DNA of 53,681 bases from Candidatus Nomurabacteria bacterium. Its GTDB lineage: Bacteria; Patescibacteriota; Minisyncoccia; Phycocordibacterales; UBA918. Location: assembly GCA_020632155.1 (NCBI GenBank), contig JACKGE010000003.1, positions 1 through 53,681 of the forward strand, in the 5' to 3' direction. Below are positions 1-8,148 of this stretch, in pieces (the first letter of the stretch is position 1; each line of letters begins with the position of its first letter). A model generated the notes under the pieces. That model worked only from the letters and a program-made list of their open reading frames with translations. It was not told where the DNA came from and did not search any database. The position numbers were made by a program, and so were the translations under genes.

Positions 1-28
1 TAAGTGGTGTAAATTCTTAAGTAGCTTT

Positions 29-790
29 ATGTACAGGAAGAACGCTGAAAAGCTTCTTTTGCGAGTAAAAGAGGCTGATCAAATATTAACCGAACTTAAA
101 GTAGTTTTTGAGAATATCAACAAACAACACCGGTCTGGAGGGGGTCATCTTGAATATGCATACCTGGAACATTTTTTAGGTGAAGCCGAAGATGTTTCAT
201 ATCTATTCCAAATTCTTTTTAATGATCAGAGAACTCAAAAATTTTTGCCGATTGCTAACAGAATGTTATTTGAGGTCATTCTAAAAAGTGAGCATTTAAT
301 AAAACTCAAAAACACCGGCAGCGATAATGAAATTCTGAGTCTATTATCTAAAGACATGGCTTCAGCAATGTCCGCACTTGATGATGCGGTTGGATCTGCC
401 GAAGGAAATCCAGCAGCTGATACCTTGGTTAAAATACACTTAGTCAATAAAATTTTAGGAACAGATTTTGATCTAAGTAAAATCAAATCGAATACTCCGA
501 CCTTTCCAAAAATTAAGGACCTTTGTGATAAAAGTAGTATTTGCATTAAAGATTACTGTGCTGATAAGCTCTACCATTTTTATGTTCAGTGGAGCTGGAA
601 TAATCATTCAAGACTAGGAAATGACTTTTCACTTGAAAAAAATTCTGACTATTTGTTAAACAATCAAGCGGAGTGCTTTATTGAAATGTATCTAAAAAAC
701 ATAAAATTACTGTCTAAGCACGCAAATGCTTTAGGTTGTGAGGAAAAAGTAACGGAAATAATGAAACAGATAGGTATTCAGAATATCTAA
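29..790 (+). CDS. AT-rich hypothetical protein, possibly DUF5677/HEPN-like helical family
   Basis: 253-aa ORF, visibly AT-rich. It has NRMLFEVILK and FYVQWSWNNH segments resembling the R..LE and Y..S...H pattern of DUF5677-like proteins (by eye). Confidence 0.55.
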   Translation: MYRKNAEKLLLRVKEADQILTELKVVFENINKQHRSGGGHLEYAYLEHFLGEAEDVSYLFQILFNDQRTQKFLPIANRMLFEVILKSEHLIKLKNTGSDNEILSLLSKDMASAMSALDDAVGSAEGNPAADTLVKIHLVNKILGTDFDLSKIKSNTPTFPKIKDLCDKSSICIKDYCADKLYHFYVQWSWNNHSRLGNDFSLEKNSDYLLNNQAECFIEMYLKNIKLLSKHANALGCEEKVTEIMKQIGIQNI

Positions 791-828
791 ACAACAAAAC
801 CACCCAATTGGGTGGTTTTGTTGTTTAG
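787..828. terminator. Perfect 42-bp palindrome overlapping the stop codon; probable bidirectional terminator
   Basis: ctaaacaacaaaaccacccaa followed by its exact reverse complement ttgggtggttttgttgtttag. Confidence 0.75.
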
Positions 829-962
829 AAGTTGACGAGCCTTCTCGAGTGCTCGAACCAGCTCTCTAATTGGTGACCCATTAACGTGGCTTTCAGAACT
901 GTATAGGGGGCGGAAATATATTAAATCGAGCATACAAATACTCACACCACAAACCTCTCAAT

Positions 963-996
963 AAGAAAGGGCCGCACCACAGAAGTGATACAGCCC
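963..996 (-). terminator. Intrinsic terminator of the 1021-1431 gene
   Basis: Minus strand gggctgtatcac-ttct-gtggtgcggccc (12-bp stem, 3 G-U pairs), then tttctt. Confidence 0.7.
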
Positions 997-1020
997 GTGA
1001 AGTCGAACTTGTCGTTGCTG

Positions 1021-1431
1021 TCAGCGATAGCCGCTCATCACAGCCATCGCCAGCAGTTCGCCGAGACCGCCCATCTCGCCTTCGTCTTTCTTGTTCTTGA
1101 AGCCGACGACCTGCCAGCCCTCGCAGAGCTTGACCCCGTCGTATTCGTTGCCGTCGGACGGAACGTGCTGCCGGAGGGAGTCGAAGAAGATGGCGTGGAT
1201 GGCGGCGTGCCGCTTATTCGCCTCATGGTAACGGCGCGCCGCTTCCACCGACTCGTTGCCGACCTCGTCGACCAGGTTGTAGAGATGGCGCAGATGCTCG
1301 GGAACCTCACCAATGACCGTATCTTCGTCGGGCTTGAACTGCCCGAGGGCTGATGGCCTCGGCTCGGAGGAGCGCTGCATCGCTTCGACGATACGCTGGG
1401 CGATGTCGAGTTCTTTGGTGTTGTCCGTCAT
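1021..1431 (-). CDS. Hypothetical protein, 136 aa, start MTDNTKE
   Basis: GC-rich ORF. SD agaggag precedes the ATG at 1431, with a promoter upstream and a terminator downstream. The longer ORF-track start is not supported. Confidence 0.75.
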   Translation of the reverse strand: MTDNTKELDIAQRIVEAMQRSSEPRPSALGQFKPDEDTVIGEVPEHLRHLYNLVDEVGNESVEAARRYHEANKRHAAIHAIFFDSLRQHVPSDGNEYDGVKLCEGWQVVGFKNKKDEGEMGGLGELLAMAVMSGYR

Positions 1432-1487
1432 TGGATGTCTCCTCTGTGTTGACGGTGGATAGAACGGGTGAACAAAATACGCACAAA

Positions 1488-1515
1488 ATATTAGCACACA
1501 ATAGATATTTGTCAA
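1488..1515 (-). promoter_or_regulatory. Sigma70-type promoter of the 1431 gene
   Basis: Minus strand TTGACA-N16-TAATAT with a TG extended -10 (tgc-taatat). Confidence 0.65.
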
Positions 1516-1646
1516 GCTCTTGTGTAAGCTATTAACCCTTACAATAAGCCATTTCAAAGGCACTCCTTTTGATGAATATGAAACTGTAGTTCTGATCACT
1601 CTATGTGGCATCCTAAAATATAAAGCAGTATAAAGTATTTTACGAT

Positions 1647-1663
1647 GTGACCCTACGGGGAAT
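1647..1663 (-). repeat. 17-bp direct copy of the tRNA-Glu 3' end (att-like)
   Basis: gtgaccctacggggaat is identical to 2010-2026. A further partial copy, caagtctcctacgggga, is at 1786-1802. Confidence 0.85.
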
Positions 1664-1820
1664 AATCTTGACGGTCACAAAGTCATTTTGTTTCGTTACC
1701 TCACAAAATAACAAGTGCCGCGGGACACAGCTCACTTGTTCGCAAGCTCACATCGTTCCGCTGGTTCGATTCCCACGCAAGTGCCCAAGTCTCCTACGGG
1801 GACCGCTTCGCTTATCTCTC

Positions 1821-2010
1821 CTTACAGGAGCAGTACACCTTTTGGGTATTTTAGTTCGTTTCTCTCCTAAAATTCCACAAAAGCTTTTCGATTCCCACGT
1901 AAACAGTCTCCCAGACTGTTTACTTGTAGGGTCACTTGATGCACGCTTACGCGCGCCGTACCAAAAAGCATTGGTTTAAAATAAACCAATGCTTTTTGGT
2001 ACTTGTCAAG
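1821..2010. repeat. tRNA-trailer element: constant scaffold, split inverted copy of the tRNA 3' end, and terminator hairpin
   Basis: ttcgattccc (1887-1896) and gtagggtcacttga (1926-1939) are reverse complements of 2021-2030 and 2006-2019. They are separated by hairpin gtaaacagtct-ccc-agactgtttac. A 21-bp-arm hairpin lies at 1958-2002. Block 1821-1922 is homologous to 50127-50226. Confidence 0.8.
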
Positions 2011-2082
2011 TGACCCTACGGGGAATCGAACCCCGGTTTCGCGCGTGAGAGGCGCGTGTCCTAGCCGCTAGACGATAGGGCC
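2011..2082 (-). tRNA. tRNA-Glu (anticodon CTC)
   Basis: Acceptor GGCCCTA/TAGGGTC, anticodon arm cgcgc-CTCTCAC-gcgcg, T-loop GGTTCGATTCC. CCA is not encoded. Confidence 0.95.
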
Positions 2083-2123
2083 AAATTTGTAATTCCTGCA
2101 AAACGCAGTGCTCCAAATCCTAC

Positions 2124-2144
2124 CAAAAAAATCCAAAACTGCAA
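2124..2144 (-). repeat. 21-bp direct repeat, copy 1 (-35 and spacer of the tRNA-Glu promoter)
   Basis: caaaaaaatccaaaactgcaa is identical to 2515-2535. Minus strand reads TTGCAG-N16-TAGGAT. Confidence 0.85.
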
Positions 2145-2148
2145 CGTA

Positions 2149-2174
2149 AAAACCGGCAGTCCCCTGCCGGTTTT
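2149..2174. terminator. Intrinsic terminator downstream of usg
   Basis: aaaaccggcag-tccc-ctgccggtttt. Confidence 0.8.
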
Positions 2175-2197
2175 GTGTGCGTTGCTTTAAGGCGCAT

Positions 2198-2464
2198 TCA
2201 GTTCAGCCGAAACTCACCTTCAAACGCTCGCCACTCAGACGGCGAAATGAGTTTCTTGTGAACGAATCGCACGCTGTGTAGCGGGCCGTCCAACTCCCGC
2301 TCCCAGAAATCGAGAAAACCGTACAGCACCGGAAACTTCGGCGCAATGTCGTACTCCTGCCAAACGTAGGTCTGGAGCAGTTTCGGATAATCTGGCAGGC
2401 GATAGATGATTTCGGCTGTCGTAAGGCCATAGCCCTTAAGCTGTAGTTCTAACTCAGATGGCAT
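2198..2464 (-). CDS. usg: Usg family protein, 88 aa
   Basis: MPSELELQLKGYGLTTAEIIYRLPDYPKLLQTYVWQEYDIAPKFP...FWERELDGPLHSV is the characteristic Usg sequence. SD gagggag precedes the ATG at 2464. Confidence 0.9.
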   Translation of the reverse strand: MPSELELQLKGYGLTTAEIIYRLPDYPKLLQTYVWQEYDIAPKFPVLYGFLDFWERELDGPLHSVRFVHKKLISPSEWRAFEGEFRLN

Positions 2465-2514
2465 TTTGTGTTCTCCCTCGACTGTTGCAAAGGCCAAGCC
2501 AATATCTAACGTAT

Positions 2515-2535
2515 CAAAAAAATCCAAAACTGCAA
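2515..2535 (-). repeat. 21-bp direct repeat, copy 2 (-35 region of the usg promoter)
   Basis: Exact copy of 2124-2144. Confidence 0.85.
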
Positions 2536-2712
2536 TAAATAAATTAACCCCTTGGCTGCCGAAGCAACCAAGGGGGTGTGGAACAGTGTCCGTATAGGAC
2601 GTGATCAGCGGCAGGACCGCGTCACCTTCTATGCTATCGCACTTCCAGTGACTGTCAAGACGGAGGGTGGGTGGCGGGGCCCCAAGAGGCCCCGCCAACG
2701 GCAATGCGCGGC

Positions 2713-2904
2713 CTAGACCTCACACCACCGCGTCCCACCTTTGAATTCCCCACACTGCGCTCTTTTGGGTGACGGCGAACCGCCTCCTTCGAGAACCTCG
2801 CATTCAAGATCGCCATTTGGTAAGGGGTTGCAGACGAGCTGCCTCCCCTCCTCATGACTACCTGTCATAACGAGTAACGCACATGCGAGTGCTGTCTTGA
2901 TCAT
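2713..2904 (-). CDS. Small putative secreted protein with 4 Cys in the mature part, 63 aa
   Basis: Signal-like N-terminus MIKTALACALLVMTGS, SD aaagga, and a canonical upstream promoter. Confidence 0.6.
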   Translation of the reverse strand: MIKTALACALLVMTGSHEEGRQLVCNPLPNGDLECEVLEGGGSPSPKRAQCGEFKGGTRWCEV

Positions 2905-2959
2905 TTTTGGTCCTTTCTTTGATCACACCGCGCTGGTTCCACGCAGACACGGCTCATAG

Positions 2960-2988
2960 AAAATACCACAAAAATAGAGAATCGTCAA
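2960..2988 (-). promoter_or_regulatory. Sigma70-type promoter of the 2904 gene
   Basis: Minus strand TTGACG-N17-TATTTT with TGG extension. Confidence 0.65.
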
Positions 2989-2995
2989 AAACAAC

Positions 2996-3018
2996 AGCCG
3001 GACGCGGAGCGTCCGGCT
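2996..3018. terminator. Intrinsic terminator after the 3042-3764 gene
   Basis: agccggacgc-gga-gcgtccggct with A-rich and T-rich flanks. Confidence 0.75.
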
Positions 3019-3041
3019 TTTGTTTTTGGTGTGCTTGGAGT

Positions 3042-3764
3042 TTAGTTGTCTGTCTCGAAGTCCTCTACCCCACCACAGGCAATGACTGGGTCGTCGTCAT
3101 CGTCATCGTACTCAACACAGATCTGGAAATAAATGTCAGTGTTGTCATCAAGGCCATAGATCTGCGCGTAGTAATTTGAATCGCCATCAAGGTCACTATC
3201 AACGACGATCTTCTGCAGGTCATCACCGTCTTCGTCAATGTCGCGATACTCATCGTAATCATCTTCGATGTCAGCCACCTGATCCTCGTCTTCACCGTAG
3301 ACAAAGAATACGTAGCCGTTGCGGTAGTCGTTCATGTCGACTTCACCGCGAAGTTCAGCGCTATGGTCGTCGATATCACGAGCAGAGTTGGTTTGCACAT
3401 CCGGCTCATCATCATTTCTATTTCTGTCATTATTTGAGCGCGCACGACCCACCACTATCACTTCGTCGTCATAGTGATTGCTGTATGGGTACTGGTATTG
3501 ATACTGGTACTGAGTACCTGGGTAGGTGTAGTAGTACACTGGTTGCTGCTGACGCTGCTCTTTGAGCTGATCTTGCAGCTGCGCTACCAAGCGGTACAGA
3601 TAGTTAAGGTAATCAACCTGTGACTGCACATTAGCTTGATTTTGATATTGGTAGGTTGGGTACGTGTAGGTAGTTGGGTATACGTACGTGTAGGCCAAAG
3701 ACTCTGCTGGCATAAGCATGACCGCGAGCAATAGTCCAAGGAACAAAGTAGTTACTTTTTTCAT
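3042..3764 (-). CDS. Secreted Tyr/Gln-rich protein with an acidic C-terminal beta-sandwich (FN3-like) domain
   Basis: Signal peptide MKKVTTLFLGLLLAVMLMPAESLA, YTY/YQY low complexity, and C-terminal VQTNSARDI...AELRGEV...YFQICVEY typical of CPR surface proteins. Confidence 0.7.
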   Translation of the reverse strand: MKKVTTLFLGLLLAVMLMPAESLAYTYVYPTTYTYPTYQYQNQANVQSQVDYLNYLYRLVAQLQDQLKEQRQQQPVYYYTYPGTQYQYQYQYPYSNHYDDEVIVVGRARSNNDRNRNDDEPDVQTNSARDIDDHSAELRGEVDMNDYRNGYVFFVYGEDEDQVADIEDDYDEYRDIDEDGDDLQKIVVDSDLDGDSNYYAQIYGLDDNTDIYFQICVEYDDDDDDPVIACGGVEDFETDN

Positions 3765-3859
3765 GGTATTTCTAGTTATATCTAACAAAGTAGCTCCCCA
3801 CAGAGCTGGTACCCCAAAAATACGCTTTATAGAGAGAAAATGCAACCCCGCACGTAAAT

Positions 3860-5152
3860 CTAAGCCTTATTTAGCCACACACTGCTTTGTCGAACAAGGA
3901 GTGCCTCTGCCTGCTCTGGATGGGCCATAATGTCAGCCACAATGCGCTCACAGCGTATACCCTGTGAACCTTTTACCAAGATAACGTCCCCTTTTTTGAT
4001 GTAGTTTTGGAGTTCCCTCCCTGCTGAGACCGCGTCATCGTATTGGAAAATGCGTTTTTCGTTCATACCGGCTTCGAGCGCCCCTTCAGCTATTTTGCGC
4101 GCGCGAACCCCGACCGTAAAGAGGACATCAGCGGTTTCGGCCGCTTGTTCACCCAATTTCTCGTGTTCGCGGACAGAGAATTGTCCAAGTTCGAGCATAT
4201 CACCCAGTACCGCAATGCGGCTACCGCCAGTTTTGAGCTCTAGTAATGTGGAAAGTGCACGTTCAGCGGCAGTCGGTGACGAATTATACGTATCATCAAT
4301 AATGACCGTGTCCTTGAGCCCTGCAACAATGCGCATACGACCAGCTGGCGGCACATACCCTGCCATAGATTTTGCCACCTCAGCCAAATTGATATCAAAT
4401 ATCGATGCCACCGCAAAAGCAGCTCCAACACTATACAAGTGGTGCGTGCCTACTACATTCGGCAAATGAACACTGACCGATTCTTCCAAGTGTTCGATAT
4501 TAAATGAGATGCCGGTCGGCACTTTTCCGTCATATACAATCGTGTCACCCTGTGCGGTAAAGTGAGTTGGGGCGTAGCGAGCAAAGCCAATAGCTTTTTG
4601 CCGAACTGTTTCAACCACTTCTCGCACCTTTTCATCGTCATTGTTGTAGACCAGAACACCTTCGGGCTTGAGGGCCGCAACAAGTTCTAGCTTCTCTGCA
4701 ATGACGTCCTCCGGTGAGGCAAAGTACTCCACGTGGACCGGTACATTGGGAAGACGAGTAAGCACTACTACATCGGGCCTCAGCCAACTGGTGAGCTGTT
4801 TCATGTCCCCCGGACGGTCAACACCCACCTCAAGCACCAGCAGCTCTGGGTAATTCCCCGGCCAGAGGGTAAGCAAAAAGCCGTCAAAAATATTCTTAAG
4901 CCACTTAAACGGATTATTCCACCCGTTTTCAAGGCCAAGGATGGAAAGGGGTACGCCAATTTCTGAGTTAAAGCTTTTTTCACTCTTACGGGCTCGTTTG
5001 TGGTCTTTAAGGGCGGCGAAGACCGCGTCTTTGGTAGAAGTTTTCCCAACGTTTCCGGTAACAGCAACGATGGTCGGTTTGGTTCTGGCAAGCAGTAACT
5101 TAGCTTCAGCCGTGATAATGCGCACGACCAGCTGTTTCATGATGACTTTCAT
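3860..5152 (-). CDS. murF: UDP-N-acetylmuramoyl-tripeptide--D-Ala-D-Ala ligase
   Basis: AVTGNVGKTSTK P-loop, SFNSEIGVP, IDDTYNSSP, VLGDMLELG, VKGSQG. Confidence 0.95.
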   Translation of the reverse strand: MKVIMKQLVVRIITAEAKLLLARTKPTIVAVTGNVGKTSTKDAVFAALKDHKRARKSEKSFNSEIGVPLSILGLENGWNNPFKWLKNIFDGFLLTLWPGNYPELLVLEVGVDRPGDMKQLTSWLRPDVVVLTRLPNVPVHVEYFASPEDVIAEKLELVAALKPEGVLVYNNDDEKVREVVETVRQKAIGFARYAPTHFTAQGDTIVYDGKVPTGISFNIEHLEESVSVHLPNVVGTHHLYSVGAAFAVASIFDINLAEVAKSMAGYVPPAGRMRIVAGLKDTVIIDDTYNSSPTAAERALSTLLELKTGGSRIAVLGDMLELGQFSVREHEKLGEQAAETADVLFTVGVRARKIAEGALEAGMNEKRIFQYDDAVSAGRELQNYIKKGDVILVKGSQGIRCERIVADIMAHPEQAEALLVRQSSVWLNKA

Positions 5153-5184
5153 ACTCTCGATTATACCCCATTACCCTGCTCAGA

Positions 5185-6903
5185 TTATCGGTCGGGCGGA
5201 ACACTGTAGTAATTGATAAGGAATTTAGCAATTTCCATAAATGGGTCAGTTAAGGTCTCAGAAGCGTAGCTTACATTCTTCGGCTCGACGGTATAGAGAA
5301 ATACTAGATACTCAGGATCATAAGCAGGAAAATAGCCAAAGAATGAGTGCAGGTAGCGGTCGTCGTAATACCCACCGTTTACCTGATCGGCTATCTGCGC
5401 CGTACCGGTCTTGGCAGCAATGGTGTAATCTGGCAGGGCTACGGTACCACCTTTAAGGGCGTCATCCACGACGGTCACTAACATACGGGATATCTCTTCA
5501 CTGGTGTCTTCACTAAAGACACGTGCCCCCTCCGGATAGTTAACCTCTTTACTCGTACCATCGGTGTAATTAATACTTTTAACGATATGCGGTGTAATAA
5601 GCACCCCTCCGTTACCAAGGGTTGAAAGTGCGCGCACCGCTGCAATTGGCGTAAGGGCTATACCCTGCCCAAACGAGGCAGTCGCGTATTCTACATCACG
5701 CGGCGAATTGAGGTTTTGCACCAGACCATGGGTTTCGTTTGGAAGATCAATACCGGTCTCGCTACCAAGTTTGAGATTTAAGAAGTAGTCTCGGAAACGC
5801 TTTTTGCCCATAGTGTCCACCACGAAGGCCACACCAGTGTTGAGAGATTGGTTAAGCACCTCTTGCATTGGCACGGTACCGCGACCGCGACCATCGTAGT
5901 TACTGATGGTGAAGGTATCGAGTTCGATGCGTCCAGGGTCGTAGTATGTTGTCCAGCGGCCCACTGCCCCACTATCGAGGCCAGAGGCCATGGTAAGCGC
6001 CTTAATGATAGAGCCAAGTTCATACACATCTTCAATGAGGGGGTTTTGGAAATCTTGAATGCTGGCGCCACCACGGTCGTTAAGATCAAAGGTTGGCACT
6101 GCGTCGAGGGCATAAATTTCTCCATTCTTTGGATTGATAATAATGCCGCCGGTCAGTTCACTCTGATACTGATCATTAACACTCAACAGTTCATTTTGGA
6201 GCATGCGAGCTACAGTAGGCTCGATGGTAGTCACAATGTCTCCGCGACGCTGCGGCGTGCTGTCAAAAACCATGCTGCCAAAATTACTAAACATCTCCGC
6301 AAAGAAATTAACAGACAGACGCTCTTGCGTGCGTTGCAGGACATCATCGTAATACCGCTCGAGACCGTAGCGACCTGATAACACGTCGTCCCCATCACCT
6401 CCATAGCCGATAAAGCCGATGGTGCGAGCCGCTAGAGTACCTCCCGGATAGTACCGCCACTGATTGCGGTAGAGATGCACACCAGTGATGTCGAGTGCTT
6501 CGATTGCTTTTGCATTGTCACCGGAGACCATGCTGTCTATTTCCACGTACGTGCGCTCTGGTAGCGTGGCGCGATGTATAAAGGTTTCGTGATCAAGGTC
6601 TATGTACGCCGCCAGAGCAGAGTAGGCACTTTCTGCATCTGTAAGTTCAGACGGATCTACTGCTAGCAAAAAACCTGCTTGGATAGTGGCAGCAGACACT
6701 TCCTGACCATCTTTGGTAGTAAAAAAGATGCTGCCGCGGTCATAGAGGTCTTCAACCGTATGCACATACTGTTTTTCCGCTTTGGCTAGATACGTTTCTT
6801 TTTGTAGTATCTGAAGTTGATACAGGCGCCCAACTAAAAGCAGCGCCAAAAAAAGCACGAAGCCGGTTAATATTCGTATTCGGAGCACCGCAGTTTTACG
6901 CAT
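5185..6903 (-). CDS. ftsI: Class B penicillin-binding protein (FtsI/PBP3-like)
   Basis: N-terminal TM, RGSIF, YELGSIIK (SxxK), QSLNTG, AKTGTAQ; position in the dcw cluster. Confidence 0.9.
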   Translation of the reverse strand: MRKTAVLRIRILTGFVLFLALLLVGRLYQLQILQKETYLAKAEKQYVHTVEDLYDRGSIFFTTKDGQEVSAATIQAGFLLAVDPSELTDAESAYSALAAYIDLDHETFIHRATLPERTYVEIDSMVSGDNAKAIEALDITGVHLYRNQWRYYPGGTLAARTIGFIGYGGDGDDVLSGRYGLERYYDDVLQRTQERLSVNFFAEMFSNFGSMVFDSTPQRRGDIVTTIEPTVARMLQNELLSVNDQYQSELTGGIIINPKNGEIYALDAVPTFDLNDRGGASIQDFQNPLIEDVYELGSIIKALTMASGLDSGAVGRWTTYYDPGRIELDTFTISNYDGRGRGTVPMQEVLNQSLNTGVAFVVDTMGKKRFRDYFLNLKLGSETGIDLPNETHGLVQNLNSPRDVEYATASFGQGIALTPIAAVRALSTLGNGGVLITPHIVKSINYTDGTSKEVNYPEGARVFSEDTSEEISRMLVTVVDDALKGGTVALPDYTIAAKTGTAQIADQVNGGYYDDRYLHSFFGYFPAYDPEYLVFLYTVEPKNVSYASETLTDPFMEIAKFLINYYSVPPDR

Positions 6904-6905
6904 GT

Positions 6906-7241
6906 TCAGCGACCTATATTAGCACTGAGGGCGACACTGGCGGTAGTACGGTCGATGAAAATTTTGTGTTCTGACTCCACAAAACCATGTCGGGTGGCAA
7001 TCTCGTTACTGATAGCATGTTGCTTTTCAATAAAGACTGTTTCTAGCTGACTGATCTGCGTCTGCATATCTTGAATATCCTTGTTTGTCTCTTTTCGTAT
7101 GACCACGTGGGCCACAGATGCTGAAAGCAGGTAGACATAGAGTACAAACAGGACCAATACCACAAACAACGCTCCAAAGAGGTAGAGTTTCTCGCGTTGT
7201 ATCTTTTGTTGTATCGGGACGTTCATGTTAGCTCTTTTCAA
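6906..7241 (-). CDS. ftsL: FtsL-like cell division protein
   Basis: Single TM plus coiled coil, located between rsmH and the PBP gene. Confidence 0.65.
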   Translation of the reverse strand: MKRANMNVPIQQKIQREKLYLFGALFVVLVLFVLYVYLLSASVAHVVIRKETNKDIQDMQTQISQLETVFIEKQHAISNEIATRHGFVESEHKIFIDRTTASVALSANIGR

Positions 7242-8118
7242 TTACTCTCAGTTTGGCGCTACGTGCGCGGGGATTTTTGCGGAGCTCTGTTTCACCAGCC
7301 ACTATAGGTTTTTTGGTGATAAGTACTCCTTTGTGATCGTGTGCGAGGGTCTTAAATTCATGTTTGACAAGGCGATCTTCCAGACTATGGAATGAAATGA
7401 TCGCTAGTTTGCCGCCGGAAGAAAGAAGATCGAAACCATCCGTAAGTAAGGTCTTTAGAACGCCGAGTTCGTCATTCACAGCAATACGTAGTGCTTGAAA
7501 GGTTTTGGTCGCCGGATGTAGCTTGCTACGCTGACGTACCTTAGGCATCGCGCTGCTCACAATGTCAGCAAGCTGCTTGGCGGTGGTTATGCGAGCTAGT
7601 TCACGTGCCGTCACGATTGCGTTGGCAATGCGACGAGCGGCTCGCTCTTCGCCATATCCGTAGATGACATCAGCAATAGAACTTTCGTCCCAATCGTTCA
7701 CTATGTCAGTGGCTGTGAAAAGATAATCCTTAGGGTCACCATAGGTCATAGCGAGCGGTTCATCTGCAGCAAATGAAAACCCCTTGCCACCCGACTCAAA
7801 TTGGTCACTGCGCCAGCCAAGGTCAGCCAGTATTGCGGTCGGGGCTGGTATACCAAGTTTGGCAACCACACTGACGATGTCTTTAAAGTTGGCAGTCACA
7901 AAGTGAGTGTGCGCTGATACGGAGGCAAAATGCTCTTTAGCCGCTTCAACTGCTGACGCATCAGCGTCTATTCCGACATAGATGCCGTTTGTGCCCAGCT
8001 TTTGTAAGATCGTGTCTGCGTGTCCACCCGCTCCAAGCGTGCAGTCAATCACCACGCTGTCCTCCGTAAGGGAGAGCGCGTCTACTGCCTCTGCTTTGAG
8101 TACGGTTATATGACTCAT
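7228..8118 (-). CDS. rsmH: 16S rRNA m4C1402 methyltransferase
   Basis: HITVL, DCTLGAGGH, DLGWRSDQ, HPATKTFQALRIAVNDEL, SFHSLEDRLVK, NPRARSAKLR. Confidence 0.97.
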   Translation of the reverse strand: MSHITVLKAEAVDALSLTEDSVVIDCTLGAGGHADTILQKLGTNGIYVGIDADASAVEAAKEHFASVSAHTHFVTANFKDIVSVVAKLGIPAPTAILADLGWRSDQFESGGKGFSFAADEPLAMTYGDPKDYLFTATDIVNDWDESSIADVIYGYGEERAARRIANAIVTARELARITTAKQLADIVSSAMPKVRQRSKLHPATKTFQALRIAVNDELGVLKTLLTDGFDLLSSGGKLAIISFHSLEDRLVKHEFKTLAHDHKGVLITKKPIVAGETELRKNPRARSAKLRVIEKS

Positions 8119-8148
8119 GTCGCTACAGTTTAGATGTAGCGGGAGAAG

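Noticed and set aside
1647-1979. 110-aa ORF behind tRNA-Glu and 114-aa ORF 49948-50292 behind tRNA-Asn
   Set aside because: They cross palindromes and tRNA-derived repeats, with no SD, promoter context or protein-like motifs.
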